Source: an uncultured archaeon
Lineage (GTDB): Archaea; Asgardarchaeota; Thorarchaeia; Thorarchaeales; Thorarchaeaceae
Direction: 5' to 3'
NCBI GenBank assembly: GCA_964458565.1
Contig: CAYWJO010000002.1
Span: 137,008 to 190,324 of the forward strand
Length of the DNA: 53,317 nucleotides
This document shows, one piece after another, positions 45,557 through 53,317 of this stretch (position 1 is its first letter; each line of letters begins with the position of its first letter). The translations under genes and the position numbers were made by a program. Below the pieces are notes generated by a model. It worked only from the letters and a program-made list of their open reading frames with translations, did not search any database and was not told the origin of the DNA.

Positions 45557-47575
45557 TTGGCGATAGTCGAGGATGCAGAGAGAGATGTTAAACAGGACAA
45601 AGAATATTCAGAAATTGAACTTGAGCCATCAGATTGGTCATATGTTATCAAATCTGGATTATCTGTAGTGCCATCACGATTTGCATCCTGGATTATCAAT
45701 TTTTTCAGACGTTTAGGTAAGTGGTTTATCAAGTTTCTTAGGAGTTTGAAAAATCTTCCCTCAAATCCCGGACCTCGATTTAGGCGTGGATACCATAAAC
45801 TACGACAAGAGATGGACTCTCTAACATGGGTTCAATTAATCGCCCTTCTCTTTGCATTCACGTTATTTTTAATTTTGCCACTTGCTAGCGTCGTCATTGT
45901 TTCGTTTTCAAACCTCACATATTTTCAAACTGTTTTCAGAGATATCTCTCCCTTTCTATTTAATCCAGATGGGAGCATTGCAGGTTGGAATGTTCGATTC
46001 ACCATGTTAGACACAGAACTAGATACAATGCGAATAATTGGGTGGAACTTAGGACCATTCCTTAATTCAATCTACGTGGCAATTATCGTAACGATCCTAT
46101 CAGTCATCATGGGTACATTTCTAGCATTTATTATTGCCCGATATGATTTCACTGGGAAGAAATTCGTACGTACATTACTGATTTTTCCAATCTTAGCAAC
46201 TCCCTTCATAGGTGCAATAGGAATCAAGAGTTTTCTTGGTCCGTATGGGACTATCAATAATCTCTTTTACACAGCTTTGGGTTGGTGGGATCATAGGATT
46301 GTATTAGACGGACTAACAGCAGTAATATTCGTGCAAGCATTTTCCTTCTTTTCATTGGTCTATCTTAATGCATATTCTTCATTCATGGGTATTGATCCCT
46401 CCCTAGAGGAGCAAGCTGAGAATCTTGGAGCGACCGGATTCAAACTCTTTCGATCTGTCACATTACCCATGGCGATGCCTGGAATTCAAGCTGGTGCAAT
46501 TCTAACATTCATATTGAGTATCGAAGACATTGGAACGCCTCTGATTTTCGGAGGACAGGCAACAAAGACTCTTGCATACATGGTCTTTGATAATGTGGCA
46601 ACAGGTGCTGGTACAACAAGTGGAATCGGCCCTGCTGTGGGTATGATTTTGCTAACAATATCTCTACTAGGTTTCTATGTCATTCGCAAATACTCATCAC
46701 TACGTTCATACGCTTCAGGAACAAAAGGTGGGCAATGGAATCCTAGAACTCGCAGAATAGGTATCCGAACTACAATAATTCTCTATGCGGTTCTGATTTT
46801 GATTCTATTCTTAGCATTGATTCCGCAGATTTCTGTGATATTGCTTTCGATGACGGTATCTCGTCAAACTGATGCAATAATTCCTGAATTGACATTGAGC
46901 AATTATTTTGGAATGGCAGAAACGTATCCCGATACATTTTCTTCGATTAGTCTAACTCTTGGATATGGCGTGATTGCAACGGTTATTATTGTCGTATTAG
47001 GCGCGAGTGCAGCTTATATTATTGCTCGAAAGGATATTCCTGGAAAGACTGCATTAGATATGTTAGTGACGTCCCCTATTGCATTACCAGGTATCGTCAT
47101 TGCCACAGGATACTTCACACTGTTCTATAATACTCCCCTATTTCCATCTGGAAGCCCGTGGTTCTTGATTATCATGTCGTATACTGTACGTAAGTTTCCG
47201 TTTACAGTTCGGGCGGCTTTCGCTGGACTACAATCAACGCCTATAGATTTAGAAGAAGCATCTCAAAACATGGGTGCTAGCAAGAATAAGACATTTTTGA
47301 AAATTACGCTTCCATTGATTGGAGTAAGCGTTCTTGCAGGTTCTCTTTTATCATTTGTATATTCTGTGAGTGAAGTCAGTACGAGCTTGATATTAGGAAG
47401 TGTAGGTCCGAACCAAGCACCAATGACTTATTGGACGCAACAGTTGGCTGTATCACAAGATGGAGTTGGGTTTGCGGCATGTCTTGGGGTGTTGATGATG
47501 GCACTTCAGATGATTGTGATTACAATTACGAACAAAATCCTTGGAACTAGGTCTTCAGCCATTACGGGGATATGA
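45557..47575 (+). CDS. ABC transporter permease (AfuB/FbpB/ThiP-like, fused double domain)
   Basis: Two EAA loops: LEEQAENLGA...F..VTLP and LEEASQNMGA...F..ITLPL. Confidence 0.92.
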   Translation: MAIVEDAERDVKQDKEYSEIELEPSDWSYVIKSGLSVVPSRFASWIINFFRRLGKWFIKFLRSLKNLPSNPGPRFRRGYHKLRQEMDSLTWVQLIALLFAFTLFLILPLASVVIVSFSNLTYFQTVFRDISPFLFNPDGSIAGWNVRFTMLDTELDTMRIIGWNLGPFLNSIYVAIIVTILSVIMGTFLAFIIARYDFTGKKFVRTLLIFPILATPFIGAIGIKSFLGPYGTINNLFYTALGWWDHRIVLDGLTAVIFVQAFSFFSLVYLNAYSSFMGIDPSLEEQAENLGATGFKLFRSVTLPMAMPGIQAGAILTFILSIEDIGTPLIFGGQATKTLAYMVFDNVATGAGTTSGIGPAVGMILLTISLLGFYVIRKYSSLRSYASGTKGGQWNPRTRRIGIRTTIILYAVLILILFLALIPQISVILLSMTVSRQTDAIIPELTLSNYFGMAETYPDTFSSISLTLGYGVIATVIIVVLGASAAYIIARKDIPGKTALDMLVTSPIALPGIVIATGYFTLFYNTPLFPSGSPWFLIIMSYTVRKFPFTVRAAFAGLQSTPIDLEEASQNMGASKNKTFLKITLPLIGVSVLAGSLLSFVYSVSEVSTSLILGSVGPNQAPMTYWTQQLAVSQDGVGFAACLGVLMMALQMIVITITNKILGTRSSAITGI

Positions 47576-47584
47576 GGTGAAAAA

Positions 47585-48745
47585 ATGGTAGAAATTAGGT
47601 TAGAATCTCTTCGAAAAACCTTCGGTGCTGTACTTGCAACAGATGCAGTAACAATGACTCTGAAGGAAGCTGAGCTTTCAACATTACTTGGGCCATCAGG
47701 TTGTGGAAAGACAACCTTACTTCGTCTTATCGCAGGATTCTATGCCCCTGATTCAGGGAGAGTTTTATTCGATGACCGGGATATGACGAATGTACCCCCG
47801 CATAAGAGAAATACAGGCATGTGTTTCCAGAATTATGCCCTTTGGCCTCATATGTCTGTTTACAATAATATTTCCTATGGGTTGAAATTGAAGCGAGTAA
47901 AGGGCATGAAATTTACTAAAGGCGCAATCGATAAGAGAGTGAATAAAGCTCTTGATTTAGTGCGCCTTGAAGGTCTGGGGGAACGCCATATCCATCAACT
48001 CTCAGGTGGTCAGCAACAGCGAGTTGCCCTTGCAAGAGCTCTATCCATCGAGCCTGATGTTTTACTGCTGGATGAACCATTGTCAAATCTTGATGCTAAA
48101 CTCAGGATTGAGATGCGTGAAGAGATAATTCGAATCCAAAGGGAATTGAATATAACCACCGTTTATGTTACTCATGATCAACACGAAGCTCTCAGTATAA
48201 GTGATCGTGTTGCAGTCATGGACAAGGGTTATATTCAACAATTTGATACACCTCGTTCTATCTATTCACAACCTCAGACTATCTTTGTTGCAGATTTCAT
48301 TGGACAGTGTACTTTTGTAGATGGTGTAATTTCATCAATTGGTGACTTCATTGATGTACATCTACCCGATGGTCAAAAAATTTCAGGAGTTACAACCATA
48401 GACGATTATCCCTATGAGGTAGGTGAAGCAGTAAAATGTGCAATACGTCCAGAAGATTTGTTCCTTATACGGAAAGGATCGGATGACAACGAGATATCTG
48501 GTATAGTTGCTCGAACCATTTATGTGGGAAGTGAACTTGAAGTCTATTTTGATGTTGGAAATATTCACGCTCAAGCGCTTCTTGATCCAGATGCGCCTCT
48601 AAAAGAGGGTGATCCAATTAATCTATACGCTCCAAAAAGTGAAGTGATGGTTCTCCCGCTAGGTGGAGTCCACGCACTTAGAAAAGTTCCTGGCCATTAT
48701 ATGCAGGACGCAGAGGCCCCCTCAACTACTGAAGTGAGTGCCTAG
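47585..48745 (+). CDS. ABC transporter ATP-binding protein (AfuC/PotA-like, C-terminal TOBE)
   Basis: GPSGCGKTT, FQNYALWPH, LSGGQQQR, LLLDEPLSNLD, VTHDQ. Confidence 0.96.
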   Translation: MVEIRLESLRKTFGAVLATDAVTMTLKEAELSTLLGPSGCGKTTLLRLIAGFYAPDSGRVLFDDRDMTNVPPHKRNTGMCFQNYALWPHMSVYNNISYGLKLKRVKGMKFTKGAIDKRVNKALDLVRLEGLGERHIHQLSGGQQQRVALARALSIEPDVLLLDEPLSNLDAKLRIEMREEIIRIQRELNITTVYVTHDQHEALSISDRVAVMDKGYIQQFDTPRSIYSQPQTIFVADFIGQCTFVDGVISSIGDFIDVHLPDGQKISGVTTIDDYPYEVGEAVKCAIRPEDLFLIRKGSDDNEISGIVARTIYVGSELEVYFDVGNIHAQALLDPDAPLKEGDPINLYAPKSEVMVLPLGGVHALRKVPGHYMQDAEAPSTTEVSA

Positions 48746-50756
48746 TTTGAACTGCGACACCGCGTTGAAGTGATTGCATTTCCGAAGATGATAATAGGCT
48801 ACGGCCAACCCCAACAAGTGTGTTTTCTGAATTCATAATAAGAACTTCTTCTCCGGATCTAAGTTCTGGATGTACATGAGTGACGAATTTGGTGAGAGCT
48901 GATTTACCTTTTGCAACAAATTCCGCAGCTTCGTTATCCATAATCACCTTGTATTGATCCGTAATCCCACTTCTCAACAATAGCTCCGCTCCACTAATTG
49001 TTGGAGCTAGTAATCCTGTAGTTGGTACTAACGTAAAGAGAATGTCATCATCAGATTTGATATAGCGTATCTTTCCTGTTGTTCTTGAAAATGCAGCACT
49101 CAGATTTTTTAACATGAATAGTTGATCTGCTGGAATCTTCCATTGATATGCAAACAATCCCTGAATTTTCCTTTTCCACCATCTATCATCATCTGGTTCC
49201 ATTACTGGTAAAGAATCTAGTAAATCCTCTACTGAGCTATAACACACTGCATCGATATTTACTGCGTATTCCTGTAAGACCTCTGTTGGAGTCTCTCTTG
49301 AAAGCCAATATGCATTTTCAAACGTGATTTGCTGCAAAGTTGTTTGAAGCCGATTTAGAGCGATTTCCAGCGATATCGAATCTAATTCCTTTGGAAAAAC
49401 ACATTGTTGTGCAGGATGTACATGCTCGTATTCCCAAGGAACTGGTCCCATCGGAGTTACAAAGACAAGAATTACCTCATCATGTTTGTACCTTCTTACT
49501 GCGTTGGTTATTTGTTTCGCAGTTTCTGAATACGGTCTATCTCCCAGATGTGGTACCAGAATCAAATTATTGGTTTTTCTGAAAGGATATCGTTCATTAA
49601 TTCTATTCTGGAAACCAACGATGGATGGATGATTGAGACTTTCCCATCCAGTGTAAAGTATTGCAGACGTATTAGATACAGGGCTTTCTTTGGTTATCTC
49701 TTCAATATGCTTTATCATGACTCTAAAAGCTTGAATTAAGGTTGGATGTGATCGAGCACGCATTGAAGCAAGCTCGAAAAGATTCCCTTCTGAAATTGCT
49801 TGACGAACATTTCGCATCTCAGCTGCACTCACATACAAATTATGCTTCATCAATTCAATTGCTCTTTCTTCTTCTGATAGGGCCATTAAGGATTCGATAC
49901 TATTAGCACTGCATATTGGACAACTACATGGTAACTCTCTGAGATTCTTAAGATGAACTGTTCCTGTAGGAAAGAGCATACGACCTGCATCCGCAAATTT
50001 CGCGTAAGAGGCGGAATCAAAAAAATCACAGCCAAGTAGAGCTGCCTGAGCAAAGAACATTGGATGTCCACATCCAAAGAGGTGGACTGGTCGATTCGGT
50101 GGTAAATATCGTTTTGCAGCAATTGTTATGTCAACGATGTCGCTATATCTATATCGTTCCATCAGAGGAACTACTCCTCCAATTGGGTGGATGTCAAAAT
50201 CCATTTTTGCCATTGCTTTCGCGGATTCTTCTCGTAGTTCAGGATACACACCTCCCTGAATTGTTCCTGCTAGAAGCATATCCCCTTTCTCGCCAACAGA
50301 TAATCTAGCTCTTTCAATTGAGAGATGGCTGTCTTCTTCCGCCTTTAGTTTTCCAACACCAGGATCTGAAAATACGTCAAGAATCGTTCCTATATCAGAA
50401 CGAATTGATTTCTGAAACCTCACAATCTCCAGTGGGTCAATCTCTTCTTCTGGGAGACTATGAAAATACATCTGAAATGTACCTGAATCTGTCATAATTG
50501 GACCATTGAATCCTAATAGTTCATGCACTCCTTCATTCAATGCCTTTTCTCTAAACCTATCATGCGAATTGATGATATACGAATTTGTGATTACCATCTG
50601 AAATCCAAAATCTTCATTGAGAGCTGACGGTCTGATAGAGGACTTTCCAGGATGAACTACAGGCATTAGAAGTGGAGTTTTAACAGTACCATGATTTGTG
50701 GTGTAACTACCTAATCTGGCTAAACCTTCCTTTGCCTTGATTTCGAAACGACCCAT
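48726..50756 (-). CDS. tgtA: Archaeal tRNA-guanine(15) transglycosylase with C-terminal PUA domain
   Basis: TP.LMPV, ITNSYII, MTDSG.FQ, QGG, IGGVVPLME.Y, HLFG.GHP, FDSASY, C.C..C..HNL zinc site, PUA domain (FVAKGKS...LR.GEEV). Confidence 0.94.
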   Translation of the reverse strand: MGRFEIKAKEGLARLGSYTTNHGTVKTPLLMPVVHPGKSSIRPSALNEDFGFQMVITNSYIINSHDRFREKALNEGVHELLGFNGPIMTDSGTFQMYFHSLPEEEIDPLEIVRFQKSIRSDIGTILDVFSDPGVGKLKAEEDSHLSIERARLSVGEKGDMLLAGTIQGGVYPELREESAKAMAKMDFDIHPIGGVVPLMERYRYSDIVDITIAAKRYLPPNRPVHLFGCGHPMFFAQAALLGCDFFDSASYAKFADAGRMLFPTGTVHLKNLRELPCSCPICSANSIESLMALSEEERAIELMKHNLYVSAAEMRNVRQAISEGNLFELASMRARSHPTLIQAFRVMIKHIEEITKESPVSNTSAILYTGWESLNHPSIVGFQNRINERYPFRKTNNLILVPHLGDRPYSETAKQITNAVRRYKHDEVILVFVTPMGPVPWEYEHVHPAQQCVFPKELDSISLEIALNRLQTTLQQITFENAYWLSRETPTEVLQEYAVNIDAVCYSSVEDLLDSLPVMEPDDDRWWKRKIQGLFAYQWKIPADQLFMLKNLSAAFSRTTGKIRYIKSDDDILFTLVPTTGLLAPTISGAELLLRSGITDQYKVIMDNEAAEFVAKGKSALTKFVTHVHPELRSGEEVLIMNSENTLVGVGRSLLSSSEMQSLQRGVAVQTRHSLQ

Positions 50757-50810
50757 TAGTATTCCCTTGAATGCATGATGTACTATGGATGAATCTTTTG
50801 TTCTACCTAC

Positions 50811-52154
50811 TTGTCAAACAATTTAAGCGGATGTGCTCTCGATATCTGGATGGATTTCGGCAAAGTGCTACTCGTCCAACGAAGAGATTACAAATCTCCA
50901 GATCTTATGGATGAATTCAGGTCTTTAGCAAATACTGCAGGATACGATGTAGTAGGGGAATTTGACATAGTGAGTCCTCCGTCTGCGAGATATGGGATAC
51001 GCTCCGGTAAAGCTGAAGAAATATCAACATGGATTGAGGTCAATTCACCTGATGTTGTTTTATTTGCTCCCAGTCTTAAATCAAGTCAAGTATTCCGCCT
51101 CATGGAATTATGGGAAGTTGAAGTTCGTGATAGAAATCAGCTTATTTTGGAGATATTTGATAGACATGCACAAACACCCCAAGCAAAGCTACAGATTGAG
51201 CAAGCAAGACTGAGTTACGAACTACCCTTCGAACGTCATCAAATCCGGATGCGTCTTCAACAAGAGCATACCGGAGATAGACCAGTTGCTGAACAAGTTG
51301 GAGCTGGTGAGGACCTGTTGAATCTAAGAATCAAGGAGATTCGACGAAGAATATCAGCAATAAGAGATAAGTTGGATGAAATTTCACAAGCACAAAAACT
51401 AACAAAGAAACGCCGAGAGAGTATGGGGTTTCTGGAAGTGACTCTTGCGGGATATACAAATGCTGGAAAAAGTACATTACATAATACGATAACCGGTTCA
51501 TCAGTGAAAGTAGCTGATGAATTATTCACAACACTCTCAACAAAAGCAACCCGCTTAGACCTACCAGGGCGTCGCGCTGTTCTATCCGATTCTGTAGGAT
51601 TCATCAGTGATCTTCCAAGACAGCTCTTAGAAGCCTTCAATACAACACTTATCGAAATTGCTGACGCCGATGTCATTGTCCTTCTTATAGATGGTTCTGA
51701 CACAAAAGTAGAGATTGAACGAAAAGCACTGACCTGTTTTGATACATTCAATGAAGTAGGTATAAATGGAATTCCAATTATCATCGCTCTCAACAAGATT
51801 GACTTGATTTCAGAGTCCGAAATATCTGAGTGTATCGAACTACTGAATAATTTTTCAAAGATCATAATTCCTATCTCAGCCTCTGAGGGTAGAAATGTTG
51901 ACGTACTGCTAAAAGAGATAGACAGAGCTCTGCCCGATATGTATAGGTATTCTGTTGTCCTTCCCTCTGGCGATGTTGGAATGTCTATACTCTCTTGGTT
52001 GCATGAAGTTGCAGAAATTGATAGTCAAACATACAAGGCGGGTAGTATTGAAGTTGACGCCTATTTTACATTGGAGGTTCGAGAACGGCTTTCAAAGAAA
52101 TTACCCAATGGTTCGATACAAAGAACGAGTTCCAGAATGGATACAAGTGATTAA
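50811..52154 (+). CDS. hflX: GTPase HflX
   Basis: E..SLA.TAGY, DR..LILEIF, KLQIE.A.L.Y.LP, AGYTNAGKSTL, LFTTL, DSVGFI.DLP, NKID; start may be ATG 50850. Confidence 0.95.
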   Translation: MSNNLSGCALDIWMDFGKVLLVQRRDYKSPDLMDEFRSLANTAGYDVVGEFDIVSPPSARYGIRSGKAEEISTWIEVNSPDVVLFAPSLKSSQVFRLMELWEVEVRDRNQLILEIFDRHAQTPQAKLQIEQARLSYELPFERHQIRMRLQQEHTGDRPVAEQVGAGEDLLNLRIKEIRRRISAIRDKLDEISQAQKLTKKRRESMGFLEVTLAGYTNAGKSTLHNTITGSSVKVADELFTTLSTKATRLDLPGRRAVLSDSVGFISDLPRQLLEAFNTTLIEIADADVIVLLIDGSDTKVEIERKALTCFDTFNEVGINGIPIIIALNKIDLISESEISECIELLNNFSKIIIPISASEGRNVDVLLKEIDRALPDMYRYSVVLPSGDVGMSILSWLHEVAEIDSQTYKAGSIEVDAYFTLEVRERLSKKLPNGSIQRTSSRMDTSD

Positions 52155-52220
52155 TTCATCCCAAAGGAATTATAGGGACACCATTGTTTGAAGTATTAGC
52201 ATCAAGAAGGAGACGATATA

Positions 52221-53153
52221 CTGCTCGAATCCAGATTCGCTCGATTATTATCGGGTGACAATTTCGTAGTTACTAGTGAACTAAGCCCTCCTAGAGGAGC
52301 AAATCATGCACTTCTCCTCGAAAAAGTTGACTTGATGAAGGAATATTGTGATGCAGTAAATATAACCGATAACGTACGGGGCATACCGTCAATGAGCAGT
52401 GTCGTTAGTAGCTATCTTGTTAGCCAGGTGGGTATAGAACCAATCATGCACCTCACTACTCGAGATAGAAACAGAATCGCCATTGAGAGTGAGCTCTATG
52501 GAGCATATGCATTAGGTATCAGAAATATTCTGTTCGTATCGGGTGATCATGTTTTTCTCGGCTCTCATCACCAAGCTGAAACTGTGTACGATGTTAACTC
52601 GATTCAAGCTCTGAAAATCGCGAGTGACATGATGTCTGGATATAATTATGCAGGTGATGAGCTTGAAGGAATCCCCCACTTCTTTTTAGGAGCGTCTTTC
52701 AATCACAACGCAGACTCCTTAGAAGAGGAGGCTAGTAGAGTTGAGAAAAAGATGGAATCTGGTGCGCAATTCTTTCAATCTCAAGCTATTTTCGATACAG
52801 ACAGATTTGGAGATTTTTTAAAGCATATAGAGAACCTTCCCATCAAAATACTTGGAGGAATCATCCCTTTGAAAAGTCCAGATACCGCAGAATTCATGCA
52901 TCATCTAATTCCTGGGATTGAAGTCCCTCCGGATATCATTGAAAGAATACGTTCTGCAGGCAATGGATATTCTGAGGAAGCGGCTATTGAGATATATCAA
53001 CAGGCCGGATTAGAGATATCTTTGGAACTCATCGAAAAATTGCAATCGATAAAACGGATTGATGGTATTCATATAATGGGCGTAGGATGGGAGGAAAGCT
53101 TAGCTTTTCTTGTTCGACATTCAGGTCTGCTTCCGCGTCCACAAGTGAGGTGA
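52221..53153 (+). CDS. metF: Methylenetetrahydrofolate reductase (MetF family), probable non-canonical start (CTG 52221 or ATA 52218)
   Basis: In-frame FVVTSELSPPRG lies upstream of the listed ORF; DAVNITDN, EPIMHLTTRDRNR, GDH, KK..GAQFFQSQ, G.HIM. Confidence 0.88.
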   Translation: MLESRFARLLSGDNFVVTSELSPPRGANHALLLEKVDLMKEYCDAVNITDNVRGIPSMSSVVSSYLVSQVGIEPIMHLTTRDRNRIAIESELYGAYALGIRNILFVSGDHVFLGSHHQAETVYDVNSIQALKIASDMMSGYNYAGDELEGIPHFFLGASFNHNADSLEEEASRVEKKMESGAQFFQSQAIFDTDRFGDFLKHIENLPIKILGGIIPLKSPDTAEFMHHLIPGIEVPPDIIERIRSAGNGYSEEAAIEIYQQAGLEISLELIEKLQSIKRIDGIHIMGVGWEESLAFLVRHSGLLPRPQVR

Positions 53154-53159
53154 CTCGTT

Positions 53160-53317
53160 GTGTTTGTGTTTAAGAATAATCAAATTTCATTTGAGCTTGG
53201 TGATATTCATTTTGGTGGCAGTCCGGGTGAACATCCCACAATCTTAGTTGGTGGTCTATTCTTCAAAGGCCAGCCCATTGTTAACAATACTAGGGACGGA
53301 ACATTCGATGAAAAAAT
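53160..53317 (+). CDS. mtrH: MtrH-like tetrahydropterin methyltransferase, 3'-truncated by the window edge
   Basis: GAGGTGA RBS then GTG: MFVFKNNQISFELGDIHFGGSPGEHPTILVGGLFFKGQPIV....GTFDEK, matching the MtrH N-terminus (GGxPGExPTxLxGxxF). Confidence 0.85.
   Translation, partial: MFVFKNNQISFELGDIHFGGSPGEHPTILVGGLFFKGQPIVNNTRDGTFDEK

Noticed and set aside
118-52191. The many 60-200-aa ORFs overlapping or antisense to the assigned genes (e.g. 464..709, 13046..13438, 23071..23496, 26502..26924, 51257..51865)
   Set aside because: Shadow frames of well-supported genes, with no motifs.
1-53317. Mobile elements, prophage, rRNA, CRISPR-Cas
   Set aside because: No transposase, integrase, capsid, cas or rRNA signatures were seen, and no duplicated tRNA 3' end.

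Overview
Gene-dense, AT-rich archaeal chromosomal segment, most likely from an Asgard archaeon. Thorarchaeia is my best inference, based on a Sec-containing SelD with a eukaryote-type SECIS, an EF-2 paralog with a DPAHTG loop, Roadblock plus MglA-like GTPases, the archaeal PoK/PPS CoA pathway, archaeosine TGT, tetraether synthase, and MetF next to MtrH. About 40 CDSs and one intron-containing tRNA-Gln(CTG) are present. I found no CRISPR array, rRNA, transposase or integrase. Main signals not shown by the ORF track: (1) selD really starts about 105 nt upstream, reads through an in-frame UGA (GUSCK), and its candidate SECIS core is built on its own stop codon, with the frame staying open for 70 codons after UGA-UGA; (2) two GC-rich, strongly base-paired intergenic elements (20741-20839 and about 35594-35803), each behind a TATA-like box and sharing a looped ATCTGTCC motif, are candidate undescribed ncRNAs; (3) an IleRS with a GVHH/AMHKS signature; (4) a small GTPase with Leu at the switch-II Gln position, in a GTPase/SNAP-like TPR/surface C25 protease/Roadblock run; (5) three surface-anchored proteins sharing a DUF4350/GIFT-like domain, two with phosphoesterase domains, divergent from an AfuABC-like transporter; (6) metF appears to need an ATA/CTG start. 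All assignments come from motif recognition by eye; no searches were run.
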